DNA from: Candidatus Muiribacteriota bacterium
GTDB taxonomy: Bacteria > Muiribacteriota > Muiribacteriia > Muiribacteriales > Muiribacteriaceae
Assembly: GCA_051747805.1 (NCBI GenBank)
Contig: JBNJGP010000004.1
Coordinates: 1-61,376 of the forward strand
Direction: 5' to 3'
Length of the DNA stretch: 61,376 nt
Shown here: in pieces, positions 50,265-60,455 of the stretch
How the letters are laid out: every line of letters starts with the position of its first letter
How positions within the stretch are numbered: the first letter of the stretch is position 1
The notes under the pieces: model-generated
The model's input: only the letters and a program-made list of their open reading frames with translations
Told to the model about the DNA's origin: nothing
Database searches by the model: none
Made by a program: the position numbers and the translations under genes

Positions 50265-52217
50265 ATGAATAAAAAAGATTTAATTATAATTTTTGTTTCT
50301 ATGTTGGTTTTGACCACAGTTTTTGCCGAGGAAATGCTTATTATTTCTGGAGATGCAAGAGCAATGCCTGGAAACTTGGGACAAAAAGGAGGGGTTGTTT
50401 CTTTTGCCGAGTATATAAGTGGGTTGGAAAAAGATTATTATTATATTGACTGCGGAAATGTAATTGATGTGAACAGATATACTATGGAAAATCATGGAAG
50501 GGCAGTTTATAAAATATTTGAAATAGCCGGTCTTGAAATTTTATCCCCATCAAATCATGAATTTAACTATGGAATTGAAAGTTTTAAAGAAAATACAAAA
50601 GCCTTTAATGTTGTTTCTACAAACAGTAATATTGGAAAAGATTATCATATTCTTGAAATAAACGGGGTAAGAATTCTTTTTTTAGGTCATTTAAGAGAAG
50701 ATATTCATCAGGTTTTAAGCCGGGAAATTGCAGATAACATAGAGCTTGAAAACTCAAAAAATAAGATAAAAAAAATCCTGCAGGATAAAAAAGGACAGTA
50801 CGATAAAATAATAGCCTTAAGCAGTGCGGACGAATCAGAAACAATAAATACATTCTCGTCGTTTGAGGCGATAGACCATGTATTTTATATATCAGGAAAA
50901 TCTTTTTCCGGTCTTCATTATATAAAAGGCCAGAGTGGTAGCAAAACAATGTTTTATGCCATTCCTGCCGGATATGAACTTGTATGGGAGGGAGTTTTAA
51001 AAAATAATAAACTGGAGTTTAACTATAAAAAATTAAAAAAACCATCAAAAGAAGAGTTTACGAGAGTTTTAAAAAATTTACCTTCTAAAAGAGATACTCA
51101 GATTAAAGATAAAGATTTATTTATAAAATCCCTTATGAGTTATATTAGAAAAGAAACAGAAAGTGATGTTTCACTTTTAAATACAGGAACTTTCAGATAT
51201 GATATGGATGGCTTTCAGGATTTTTTAAGATTTGACAATGTAATGCATAAAGTCAGAATTACAGGCCGGGATTTAAAAAACATGCACTTTCGCGATGATT
51301 TAATACTATATGGTCTTGAATCGGACGGGAAAAAAATTTTTAACAGAGATATAATAGATAGTTATAATTATTCAGTACTTGTTAATGATTTTTTATACAG
51401 GCAGAGAGATAATTTGAATTTGAATATGATAATGAAAAAAGAAAATGTAATAGGTAGCATAAAAAATTTTGCCTCAGAAAATATTGATAAATTAGATAAA
51501 GAATATCATTTTTTTAAAAAATATATATCAAAAGTTAATGAGTTTTCAATTGATATATCTGATATTTCAGGGCGGGGTGCAAATGCCGATTATTCTTCAG
51601 TATCAAAAATACCTTCTTCGGATACAAAATTAAGCAGAATAATTTTTAAAAATAATTATTTTAGAGATTCCAGGACAAAAACCCTTTCAAACACAATCAA
51701 TTATAGAAGAGATAGAAATGATAATGAAACAAATTTTCATAATATAAGAATGGATACTAATTTAAGAAACAAAGAAAATGGACTGTCAATTGTACAGCGC
51801 GTTGATATGTCATTAATTAAAAACAATGACGGGGACAGACCGGTTAATTACAGACTGAGTTTAGGTAATGAGCTAAATGATTATTTATACGCCGGCTTAA
51901 GTTATCAGCAGGTTTTCCCGCGCAGAGGAAGAGACCATTATATAGGTATTCAGCTTACAGGCTCAGAAAGCAAAATAAGATCAAACGGTTTAAACACCGA
52001 GCATATAATGGATATTTTTTATTCAAATACAAATGATGAATATTATGAAGGGGAATTAAAAAATAATTTCAGATTCAGACTTAGACAGAGTCTTTTTGTG
52101 GACTTAAATTTATCAAATTTTTTAGTATATGATGAAAGTATTGAAAAAAGGGCGTATAGCAGTGAAATATTTTTTGGTCTAAGCACTTCATTTTCTTCTG
52201 CAGGTTTTTATAAATGA
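50265..52217 (+). CDS. Secreted degenerate 5'-nucleotidase-like domains fused to a probable outer-membrane beta-barrel
   Basis: IDCGN, SNHEFNYG, DVSLLNTGTFR, FDN...ITGRDL; C-terminal ~230 aa of amphipathic strands. Confidence 0.55.
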   Translation: MNKKDLIIIFVSMLVLTTVFAEEMLIISGDARAMPGNLGQKGGVVSFAEYISGLEKDYYYIDCGNVIDVNRYTMENHGRAVYKIFEIAGLEILSPSNHEFNYGIESFKENTKAFNVVSTNSNIGKDYHILEINGVRILFLGHLREDIHQVLSREIADNIELENSKNKIKKILQDKKGQYDKIIALSSADESETINTFSSFEAIDHVFYISGKSFSGLHYIKGQSGSKTMFYAIPAGYELVWEGVLKNNKLEFNYKKLKKPSKEEFTRVLKNLPSKRDTQIKDKDLFIKSLMSYIRKETESDVSLLNTGTFRYDMDGFQDFLRFDNVMHKVRITGRDLKNMHFRDDLILYGLESDGKKIFNRDIIDSYNYSVLVNDFLYRQRDNLNLNMIMKKENVIGSIKNFASENIDKLDKEYHFFKKYISKVNEFSIDISDISGRGANADYSSVSKIPSSDTKLSRIIFKNNYFRDSRTKTLSNTINYRRDRNDNETNFHNIRMDTNLRNKENGLSIVQRVDMSLIKNNDGDRPVNYRLSLGNELNDYLYAGLSYQQVFPRRGRDHYIGIQLTGSESKIRSNGLNTEHIMDIFYSNTNDEYYEGELKNNFRFRLRQSLFVDLNLSNFLVYDESIEKRAYSSEIFFGLSTSFSSAGFYK

Positions 52218-52696
52218 TTAAATTAAAAATAATATTTTTTTTACTTATACTTTTGCTTTGCTGGCAGATAGAGGCTTCAAATATTTTAATTCAGGATGGA
52301 AGCAATGCCTATCTGATACCGGAAAGTTATTTTAATAACGGAATTGGTCTTTTTGAAAAGGCACTGGCTAGAAAGAGAATGACCCACCTTGAATTTACAA
52401 TTAATCCAGAAGCACTTTCTTTAAAAGGAAAATACAGAATATTTCCCTTCAGAGTAGATTTTCATTTGTTTAGAAAAGATGACAGAGAATATATACTGAG
52501 AATCAATAGTTTTAAATTCTATGGTTTAATAGGTTATTCCCGAAGTAAGCTGGCAAATATTGTAGTTAAAACATTTTCTTCAAATAAAGGTTTTTCAGAA
52601 TACATAAACCTCGAAAGCTCTGGAAATTATATTCATATCGAGTTTAAAAAAAATCTAAGCGAAATTTTTCCAGAGGAATTAGAATTTACTGAATAA
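52214..52696 (+). CDS. Secreted hypothetical protein
   Basis: Signal peptide; ATGA overlap with the upstream gene. Confidence 0.65.
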   Translation: MIKLKIIFFLLILLLCWQIEASNILIQDGSNAYLIPESYFNNGIGLFEKALARKRMTHLEFTINPEALSLKGKYRIFPFRVDFHLFRKDDREYILRINSFKFYGLIGYSRSKLANIVVKTFSSNKGFSEYINLESSGNYIHIEFKKNLSEIFPEELEFTE

Positions 52697-52702
52697 ACTG
52701 TA

Positions 52703-52734
52703 CACCAATTCTCTATTTTCATTGAGAATTGTTG
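52703..52734. mobile_element. Minimal MITE copy 3 (32 bp) with 9-bp target-site duplication
   Basis: CACCAATTCTC TATTTTCATTGAGAATTGTTG flanked by TAAACTGTA at 52694-52702 and 52735-52743. Confidence 0.8.
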
Positions 52735-52814
52735 TAAACTGTATCAATATGAGACAAAATCTCAAAATTAAACACTTCTTCAAAAACACTTTCAATTCAG
52801 AAGACAAATCCTAA

Positions 52815-52831
52815 TTGGAACAGATTATGCT
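52815..52831 (+). promoter_or_regulatory. Possible sigma54 promoter
   Basis: TTGGAAC-AGATT-ATGCT (GG-N10-GC), about 40 bp before an ORF with AAGGAGG. Confidence 0.45.
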
Positions 52832-52871
52832 TAATAGAGTTTAAAATAAGTTCTTAATTTAAGGAGGCGGC

Positions 52872-53135
52872 ATGAAATTTATTCTACTTCTTTTTTCTTT
52901 AATAATATTTATTTTATTTATCAGCTTAAATCAGATTTATACAGAAAGATTAATGATTTGCCGTGAGCTGATACTTCAGGATCCGGGTATATGGTATGAA
53001 TATCCTGACTTAAAATCCCCTGATACTCTTTTAAATAAACATGAAAAAGAGTTTAAAAAAATAGTTATTTCAACATTCTATTCTTATGATTTGTTTTTAA
53101 AAAATATAACACACTTTATTAACGAGGAGATATAA
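52872..53135 (+). CDS. Small membrane/secreted hypothetical protein
   Basis: Strong RBS AAGGAGG, hydrophobic N-terminus, abuts comM. Confidence 0.6.
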   Translation: MKFILLLFSLIIFILFISLNQIYTERLMICRELILQDPGIWYEYPDLKSPDTLLNKHEKEFKKIVISTFYSYDLFLKNITHFINEEI

Positions 53136-54668
53136 ATGTACAACAGTATTAAATCAAGTAATATATCAGGTATAGGGGCTAATATTATTAAAGTTGAGTC
53201 AGATATTTTAAGAGGGCTTCCGGGGTTCAGCATAGTAGGGCTTCCGGATACTTCGGTAAATGAAGCTAAAGAGCGCGTGAGGGCGGCAGTTTCAAACTCC
53301 GGGTTTAAGTTGCCGCCAGGAAAAATCACCGTTAATTTATCTCCGGCAGAAATTAAAAAAAATGGGTCAAATTTTGACCTGCCAATTGCAATCGGGCTTC
53401 TAATTTCTTCGGGCGAAATTAAAGTTAAAGCTCCTGAAATACTTAAAAAAACTGTTATTGTTGGCGAGCTGAGCCTGAATGGCTCAATAAAACCTGTAAA
53501 GGGTGTACTCCCAATGATAATAGATTCCTATCAGAAGGGGTATAGACACTTTGTAGTTCCTCAAGAAAACGCGGGTGAGATATCTGTATTAAATAATATG
53601 ATAATTTATAAAGCCTCTAATTTAAAAAATGTAGCTGATTTTTTAAATGAATCCTCTCAATATAATCTACCAGAGGTTAAAGTCAAGAAATTTAAATGTG
53701 TTAAAAACCGGATAAAAGAGGATTTTGCCGAGGTTAAGGGCCAGGGCATCGCAAAGCGTGCACTTGAGATTGCGGCCGCAGGCAATCACAATATTTTAAT
53801 GCTTGGAAGTCCTGGCTCTGGTAAAACAATGCTTGCCAAACGGTTATCGGGTGTGCTGCCTGAAATGAGCATGGAAGAGGTTATTCAGACAACAAAAATT
53901 TACAGTATATCAGGTAAACTGCCATCAGGTTCAGGATTAATTAGTCAGAGGCCTTTTCGTTCGCCTCATCATACAATATCAGATGTTGCCTTAATTGGCG
54001 GTGGCACAAATCCAAAGCCGGGGGAAATATCTCTTGCACATAATGGAGTGCTTTTTCTAGATGAAATGACAGAGTTTAAAAAATCTGCCCTAGAGGTTTT
54101 AAGACAACCTCTTTCTGATAAATCAGTTACAATATGCAGGGCTAAAGAAAGTGTAACTTATCCGGCAAATTTTATGCTGGTTGGAGCGGCCAATCCCTGT
54201 CCATGTGGTTTTTTATTTGATGATAAAAAACAATGTTCATGCACGCATATCCAGCAGGCCAAATATCGTCAAAAACTCTCTGGTCCAATTATGGACAGGT
54301 TTGACATTGTTGTTGAGGTTGCCAGATTAGAACCTTCTGAGCTTACAATGGTTTCAAATGGTGAAAAAAGTCAAATTGTAAGAAATCGCGTGGACAGGGC
54401 AAGGAAAAAACAGCTGAACAGATTTAAAAAAATGGATTTTTATTCAAACTCAGATATGCCTCACTCTTTTTCAGAAGAACATTGCACTATAAATAATAAT
54501 TTAAAGAAAACACTGGCAAAAGCTGTGGAAAAGTTTGGCATGAGTGCCAGAGCATATTTTAAAATACTGAAAGTTGCAAGAACAATTTCTGACCTGGAAG
54601 GCAGCAGGGATATTACAGAAGAGGCACTCTTTGAGGCAATGCAGTATAGATTAATGGATAAATGGTAG
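53136..54668 (+). CDS. comM: YifB/ComM Mg-chelatase-like AAA+ ATPase
   Basis: IVGLPD, NLSPAE.KK.G..FDLPIA, GSPGSGKT, PFRSPHH, GEISLAHNGVLFLDE, NPCPCG. Confidence 0.95.
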   Translation: MYNSIKSSNISGIGANIIKVESDILRGLPGFSIVGLPDTSVNEAKERVRAAVSNSGFKLPPGKITVNLSPAEIKKNGSNFDLPIAIGLLISSGEIKVKAPEILKKTVIVGELSLNGSIKPVKGVLPMIIDSYQKGYRHFVVPQENAGEISVLNNMIIYKASNLKNVADFLNESSQYNLPEVKVKKFKCVKNRIKEDFAEVKGQGIAKRALEIAAAGNHNILMLGSPGSGKTMLAKRLSGVLPEMSMEEVIQTTKIYSISGKLPSGSGLISQRPFRSPHHTISDVALIGGGTNPKPGEISLAHNGVLFLDEMTEFKKSALEVLRQPLSDKSVTICRAKESVTYPANFMLVGAANPCPCGFLFDDKKQCSCTHIQQAKYRQKLSGPIMDRFDIVVEVARLEPSELTMVSNGEKSQIVRNRVDRARKKQLNRFKKMDFYSNSDMPHSFSEEHCTINNNLKKTLAKAVEKFGMSARAYFKILKVARTISDLEGSRDITEEALFEAMQYRLMDKW

Positions 54669-54707
54669 TTGGTTAAGTGTTTGATAATTATAAAACCGGG
54701 AGGCGAT

Positions 54708-54893
54708 ATGTCTTTAAAAAATGATTTTGAAAACAGTATAGAAAAAAAGCTTTCTGATTCTTTTAAAATGAAATCAAGGGATAGATTAGATTATATATTA
54801 CAAAAAAAAGCGCAGTATATAATTAATAAATCAAAACCTGATCCCATAAAATATTCTCTTTCAATATTAATAAATAAATCACATAAATTTTAA
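54708..54893 (+). CDS. Small hypothetical protein
   Basis: GGAGG RBS before ATG 54708. Confidence 0.5.
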   Translation: MSLKNDFENSIEKKLSDSFKMKSRDRLDYILQKKAQYIINKSKPDPIKYSLSILINKSHKF

Positions 54894-55009
54894 ATCAAAT
54901 TTATCTATTCACCGTTAGAATTGCTGATTAAACCCTTTCCAGTTTGACTAATTATTTTCTTTAATGTTAAATTAAAACAAATATATTAAAGTTTTTTTGG
55001 AGGGTATTT

Positions 55010-55780
55010 TTGGAAAAAAGCCTTAATTTTTTAAAAGATGGCAAGAATTATATTTATTTTCCCTATGGTCGTTTTTCAAGGGGATTTGTTATAAATGAAA
55101 AACACAATAAATTCGCCAGGCTGTTACATAATCTTAATTTCCCGTTACTTATTCTTATACTTGGATATCTTTATTTTACGGCCAATCTATCTAATCTATG
55201 GATTCCCGCATTAATCACCTGGTTTGTTGGATATAATCTTATAATCTTTATTTTAATGAAAATTATTGCAGAAGATGAAGTTTACGGTGATGATTCAGAA
55301 GATTTTCATAAATTTGCAAGACATAGAAGACTTTTTCTGGAAAAAGTCAATATTTTTTATAATTTTTTATTTCCAATTTTTTTGATAGACGCTTTTATAA
55401 GGGTGTCCTACGGCAGTATCTTATTTTTAATACTTCTTATTTTTTCAAAATATCATTTTATGTATTCAATTAAAAAAGAAGAAGAATTTCTTAAGATTTC
55501 TGAAGAGGATAAAGAAAAAATTTATCCTCTTGGTTTTGGTTTAAACCGTTTTTTTTGTTATGTGTTTTTACTATTTTTTGTTTTTATGATAAGTGTGTTT
55601 GGACTTATAACTACTGGTTATTATGAGGGCAATGTTGAATTAACCCAGGGTCATATTACCGGTTATTCTCTTGTAATAATCTATTTAGTGGCTGTTTGTA
55701 TTTTTCTTATAAAACAAATAATCTTTATTACCAGAAAGAAAAAGGAGTTATCAAAAAATGCAGAAAATAAAGGAAAGTGA
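55010..55780 (+). CDS. Multi-pass membrane hypothetical protein
   Basis: About 6 hydrophobic segments; GGAGG before TTG. Confidence 0.7.
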   Translation: MEKSLNFLKDGKNYIYFPYGRFSRGFVINEKHNKFARLLHNLNFPLLILILGYLYFTANLSNLWIPALITWFVGYNLIIFILMKIIAEDEVYGDDSEDFHKFARHRRLFLEKVNIFYNFLFPIFLIDAFIRVSYGSILFLILLIFSKYHFMYSIKKEEEFLKISEEDKEKIYPLGFGLNRFFCYVFLLFFVFMISVFGLITTGYYEGNVELTQGHITGYSLVIIYLVAVCIFLIKQIIFITRKKKELSKNAENKGK

Positions 55781-56618
55781 ATTTTATAAAAAGATTCTGG
55801 ATAATCTTTATGATGGTGTTTATTTTGTAAACACAGAAAGGGAAATAACCTATTGGAATAATGGGGCAGAAAGAATTACCGGTTATTCTAAAGATGAAGT
55901 TTTAAACACAAAATGTCAGGATAATATATTAAATCATATAAACTGTGAAGGCGAAAATCTATGCACATTTAAATGCCCTCTTCATTTTACGCTTAAAGAC
56001 GGCAATTTCAGGGAAGCAGAATTGTTTTTATCTCATAAAAGTGGCTCAAGAATCCCTGTAAAAGTACGTATTTCGCCAATATTTAATGAACAGAATGAAA
56101 TAACAGGTGCTGTTGAAATATTCAGCGATAACTCCTCGGCGCTTGCAGCTTATGAAATGGTTGAGAAACTTAGAGAACTGGCTTTTGTTGATGAAGTTAC
56201 CGGTCTTCCTAATAAGAAATATATGGAGATGAAAATTGAGAATCTTTTATCTGAAACAGAATTTCATGGAATAAAGTTTGGGGTTATAGGACTCACTCTT
56301 GAAAATTATGAGTACTTAGTAAGAGAGTCGGGCAGGCATAAGGCAGATAATATTTTAAAAATAATTGCAAAAACGCTGAAGGCGGTTGTTGCTCCCTATC
56401 ATATACTGGGAACTTTTGATAAAAGTAATTTTATTGTAATAATTCCTAATGTAAATCAGAAAGAATTTGAAGAATTTAAAAAAAGAATAAAAATTATTGT
56501 TAATTCATGTAATCTTGGTATAATTGAGTTTCCGGAAGAAAAAGATGAACCCGTAAATATTTGCTTTGAGGGGAAAATCATTGAAAATAAAGACAGTATT
56601 ACAGATTTATTCTGGTAA
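55758..56618 (+). CDS. PAS domain plus degenerate GGDEF domain protein
   Basis: ITYWNNGAERITGYS PAS; DEVTGLPN entry motif; active site reads GTFDKSNF. Confidence 0.8.
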   Translation: MQKIKESEFYKKILDNLYDGVYFVNTEREITYWNNGAERITGYSKDEVLNTKCQDNILNHINCEGENLCTFKCPLHFTLKDGNFREAELFLSHKSGSRIPVKVRISPIFNEQNEITGAVEIFSDNSSALAAYEMVEKLRELAFVDEVTGLPNKKYMEMKIENLLSETEFHGIKFGVIGLTLENYEYLVRESGRHKADNILKIIAKTLKAVVAPYHILGTFDKSNFIVIIPNVNQKEFEEFKKRIKIIVNSCNLGIIEFPEEKDEPVNICFEGKIIENKDSITDLFW

Positions 56619-56623
56619 ATATT

Positions 56624-57142
56624 ATGTTTAAATTATTAATGATTTTGGTGGTGGTTTTCACGCTTGTTTTTTCTTATAAATCTTTTTTAACAGCCCCTGA
56701 AAACAATTATAAACCCAAAATTAAAGCTCATTCTGAAGAGCTGGGGGATAAAATAAATAAATCCTCAAACAAAGAAGAAGAAAAAAAACAGGTAGAAGTG
56801 CAGACATATGTTCAAACAAGTCCTGAAGAATATATTAATGTACAGATAAGGAAATCATTTAATTATTTTGATACAGGTAATTATAATAATCAGGAAGAAA
56901 AATCCCGGAAAAAATTGCAGAAAGCACTTGAAACACTGAAAGTTATAGTAGAAGATGATAGGTATAAAAATGATGCAAAATCAAGATATTTTATAGGTAA
57001 AGTTTATATGATAATGAATAATAATGAATATGCCGAAAAAAGATTAAAAGAAGCTTCAGAACTAAAAAAAAACCGGGATGATTTTTACTGGAATAATGAA
57101 TGGGGAAAACATGCCCGGATACTGCTTAAAAGGATGCAGTAA
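56624..57142 (+). CDS. Membrane-anchored hypothetical protein with a TPR-like C-terminus
   Basis: Signal/TM; SRYFIGKVYMIM...AEKRLKEA. Confidence 0.6.
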   Translation: MFKLLMILVVVFTLVFSYKSFLTAPENNYKPKIKAHSEELGDKINKSSNKEEEKKQVEVQTYVQTSPEEYINVQIRKSFNYFDTGNYNNQEEKSRKKLQKALETLKVIVEDDRYKNDAKSRYFIGKVYMIMNNNEYAEKRLKEASELKKNRDDFYWNNEWGKHARILLKRMQ

Positions 57143-57175
57143 AACATACTATATTTAAGAAAAAGGATAAGTTTA

Positions 57176-57943
57176 ATGGCTAAATGGCAGGATATTAAAT
57201 TAGAATCACCAAGAGAAAGAATAAAAAAACGAAAAAAAAGAGAAGAACAAAAAAAGCAGGAACTGAAAGCACAGAAAAACAAGGTTTTAAAAATTAAAAT
57301 AGCTATGGTTTTTGTGATTTTTATTTTTTTCATAAGCGGCGCTGTGTTTATATTTATTCAGTCAAAACAGAAAGAACAACAGCAACAGATAGAAGAAACT
57401 AAAAAAGTAAATGTACTGCCTACAACAGGTAATATAGATATTCGAAGGGTTGATGAAGTTGATTTTAAACCACCTCTAAACGAGGAGCTTTATCCAGGAG
57501 ACTCCATCAGACTTGAAAAGGGTAGCAGGGCAAGACTGGATTTTGGAAATGAAATACTTGTTTCGATCAGGGGACCGATTCAGCTTACTGTTAAAAATAT
57601 CGAAGTCCCCAGAGCAGGAATCGCTAATTTAGATATTGAATTTGAAGATGGTGTTTTAGTCGGTAGAAAGCCCACAGGACGTGGTGAAATAAAAATACAG
57701 GCTCCTCTTGGTAAAGTAGAAATAAAAACAAACAGCTTATCAGTTTTTAAAGTTGAGATGAGTGAATATAACCAGCGTATGAGGGTAGCTGTCAGAGATG
57801 GTGAGGTTGAAGTTGCACCGCAAAATTACAGAACAAAAATAGTGGTTCCTGCCAGAAAACAGCTGGTTATAGATAATACTCCGGGATATCTGGATGTCGG
57901 CAATGTCCAAGATTTAAATGCTTTAGCTGAGGGTTGGGATTAA
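57176..57943 (+). CDS. FecR-domain membrane protein
   Basis: Basic N-terminus, TM, LYPGDSIR....SRARL.F, F.V.......V.VRDGEVEV. Confidence 0.7.
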   Translation: MAKWQDIKLESPRERIKKRKKREEQKKQELKAQKNKVLKIKIAMVFVIFIFFISGAVFIFIQSKQKEQQQQIEETKKVNVLPTTGNIDIRRVDEVDFKPPLNEELYPGDSIRLEKGSRARLDFGNEILVSIRGPIQLTVKNIEVPRAGIANLDIEFEDGVLVGRKPTGRGEIKIQAPLGKVEIKTNSLSVFKVEMSEYNQRMRVAVRDGEVEVAPQNYRTKIVVPARKQLVIDNTPGYLDVGNVQDLNALAEGWD

Positions 57944-58998
57944 TCAATATATGTTTTTTTTACATATCGGGAAGTTGCAGCCGCAAGTAAGGCGCCGTAA
58001 GAAAGCATAAATTTCAAACTATCTCCAACTTTAACTTTGTGTTTTATGTTCTCCACATCAACAATTAAATGGTCCGAGGAGGCACCTAGAACTTCATAGT
58101 TTCCTGCCGGGATTAAACCATCAGGGTTTATATCCTGTCTGCCACAGGCTAAAATAGCTCTTTTATGCACCCCCTTATCTTCAAAAACAGGATTGTTTCC
58201 AAAAGCATCCTGTCCAATATTACCTATAGGAAGCGAAGGTTTATCTTTTAATTCAATAATTTCAGCCTGTAGTAAAAAAGTATCCTGATAAGTTTCAGGC
58301 CAGGGTTGACGATTAATAACATTTCTACCAAGCATAATAGCCTCGCCGATTCGAAGCATATTTATTTTTGAAGGAAGTTCACCATTTAAAACAAGAGGTA
58401 GTGAAGAAGAATTTCCACCTGATATAATATCAAAACACCGGTTTGTTTTTTGTTCAAATTTATTTTTTAAATTTAATAAATCAAGCATTTTTTTTTTATC
58501 AGGAATTACGCCGCCGTAACAGGCTAAATTAACTCCTATACCATTAATTCCTGCAAAACCTAATTTATCAGATAGATTTACAAATTCATCCATCTCATCC
58601 GGCCAAATTCCCTCTCTTAAGTCCCCTAAATCCACCATTAAAATTAGATTGATTTTTTTATTTTGTTTTCTGGCTTCTTTTTCAATTTCTAAAATAGTAT
58701 TTTTTTCAGAAATAAGGACATAATCGCATAAAGAAACAACCTTCTTAATTTCAGATAACATTGGCAATCTTAAAAGAAGTAAAGGAGTATCGGGGAAATT
58801 ATTTCTTAAAGTTTCAATATTTTCAATTCTTGAATCGCCCAGCCCATAAAGACCGCTATTGAGTAAAGCTTCTGCAACTCTGATATCAGCACAGGTAACT
58901 TTTGTAACACCGAATATTTTAATGTTTTTACACAGTTTTTGAATCTGTAATGCATTGTGTTTAATTTTATCTAAATTAATTAAAAGTTTTGGATTCAT
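57940..58998 (-). CDS. orr: Ornithine racemase (alanine racemase fold, PLP)
   Basis: GVTKV, DSRIENI, LMVDLGDLREG, NLACYGG, ISGGNSS, LRIGE, GASSDH. Confidence 0.88.
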   Translation of the reverse strand: MNPKLLINLDKIKHNALQIQKLCKNIKIFGVTKVTCADIRVAEALLNSGLYGLGDSRIENIETLRNNFPDTPLLLLRLPMLSEIKKVVSLCDYVLISEKNTILEIEKEARKQNKKINLILMVDLGDLREGIWPDEMDEFVNLSDKLGFAGINGIGVNLACYGGVIPDKKKMLDLLNLKNKFEQKTNRCFDIISGGNSSSLPLVLNGELPSKINMLRIGEAIMLGRNVINRQPWPETYQDTFLLQAEIIELKDKPSLPIGNIGQDAFGNNPVFEDKGVHKRAILACGRQDINPDGLIPAGNYEVLGASSDHLIVDVENIKHKVKVGDSLKFMLSYGALLAAATSRYVKKTYID

Positions 58999-59010
58999 AA
59001 AAAATTCCTT

Positions 59011-60351
59011 TCATTCTTTTTTTATTGACTCAATAATAAGCTCTTTAATATCAATATTGGGATAATGAAACAAAATAGTTCCGATAGAAGAGAAAATATA
59101 TTTATTATCAACGGCGCAAATTGCCTTGGCGGATGGAAGCAGAGATTCAAGGCTCTCCATACCCTTTACTTTTTCAATAATAGAGGTGGCTTCTGGTATT
59201 CTTGTTAAAGCTCCGCCAGTTCCAATAATAAAGTCTGTCTGCGTTAAATCTTTACCCTGAATCATCTCTTTTTTACCATTAGGCGTATAAAGAATCTTTT
59301 TTTTGCCTGCATGTCTGGCAATAGCAATAGTAACAGCTTTTTCTGCAAGATATCGTGTGATTTTTAAAGATTCCTGACTATCTGGAAGAGGTTTCAAAAG
59401 GCTTAAATTTATTTTTTCAGTATAAAATTTATGCTTAATTTCATTTAAATTGGAAGCGTTGATAAAAACACCAAGATCGCCCTCGACAGTTCGTTTGGCA
59501 AGGGGTTCAGGCTCTATACGTTTGACATTGTTTTCTGTCGAGTCCTCACAAACAGAATGAACATCAGAAGTTGCACCGCCCACATCAATAATAACAACAT
59601 TGCCAAGCACTTTATTAATATACTGAGCTGTTTTCATAACTGCATAAGGAGTAGGTATAATTTCCCTGGAAGTTAATATATTTAATTTTTCCATACCAGA
59701 AGCATGAATAATATGCTCAGAAAAAGTATGCTGAATAATTTCTTTGCATCCTTCAATATTCAGTTCATCAATATTAGGATAAACATTATCAGTAACAATT
59801 ATTTTTTTATTATGTTTCTGGAATAATTTTTTAACAGGAGAGGCAATTTTTTTATTACCAGCATAAATATAAGGAACATCCGGTCCTTTACTGCTTAAAA
59901 TTTCTGCATTATGATAGGTGATTTCGGTTTCGCCAAAATCAACTCCACCAGAAAGAATAATAATACCTGGTTTTGATTCTTCAAGTTCTTCAAGCTGAAA
60001 AGGCATTATTTTACCAACACCAATATATTTAATAATTGAGCCGGCCCCAAGCGAAGCCTCTTTTGCAGCACGTACAGTCATATCATAAGTTAAGCCAAAA
60101 ACAGCAATTTTTAATCCACCGGCGGCCGAGCTGTTTATAAGAAATTCAGAAACATTAATTGATTTACCGAGCTTTTTTTCTAAATCAGACAGGGCTTTTT
60201 GAACACCAATATTAACATCTTTTTCATTAACAGTAGTAAGAGAAGAAGACTGTCCCATATGAACAGGTTTTTGACCGTTTTTAATACCATCCCAGGCATT
60301 GATTTTAGTAATAGTACTTCCAATTTCAACCGTAACAATATCAATATTCAA
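59011..60351 (-). CDS. GlmL/MutL(Clostridium)-like reactivating factor for ornithine aminomutase
   Basis: EIGSTITK, SSAAGGL, DVGGATSDVHS, PEP.AKRTVEGDLG, IGTGGAL; adjacent to orr. Confidence 0.85.
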   Translation of the reverse strand: MNIDIVTVEIGSTITKINAWDGIKNGQKPVHMGQSSSLTTVNEKDVNIGVQKALSDLEKKLGKSINVSEFLINSSAAGGLKIAVFGLTYDMTVRAAKEASLGAGSIIKYIGVGKIMPFQLEELEESKPGIIILSGGVDFGETEITYHNAEILSSKGPDVPYIYAGNKKIASPVKKLFQKHNKKIIVTDNVYPNIDELNIEGCKEIIQHTFSEHIIHASGMEKLNILTSREIIPTPYAVMKTAQYINKVLGNVVIIDVGGATSDVHSVCEDSTENNVKRIEPEPLAKRTVEGDLGVFINASNLNEIKHKFYTEKINLSLLKPLPDSQESLKITRYLAEKAVTIAIARHAGKKKILYTPNGKKEMIQGKDLTQTDFIIGTGGALTRIPEATSIIEKVKGMESLESLLPSAKAICAVDNKYIFSSIGTILFHYPNIDIKELIIESIKKE

Positions 60352-60455
60352 ATTTTAACCTCCATAAAAATCACTTCATATAAAACCAAAATTATCTTAT
60401 TAAACTTATTTTAGCAAATTTTTTAAAAAGGATTTTGTGGTCAGGCCTACATAAA

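Noticed and set aside
677-60414. Numerous 60-110 aa ORFs nested in or antisense to long genes (e.g. 4560, 9756, 13556, 14880, 22277, 25644, 32088, 34987, 45892, 50617, 53084, 60199)
   Set aside because: Shadow frames of well-supported CDSs, with no independent signals.
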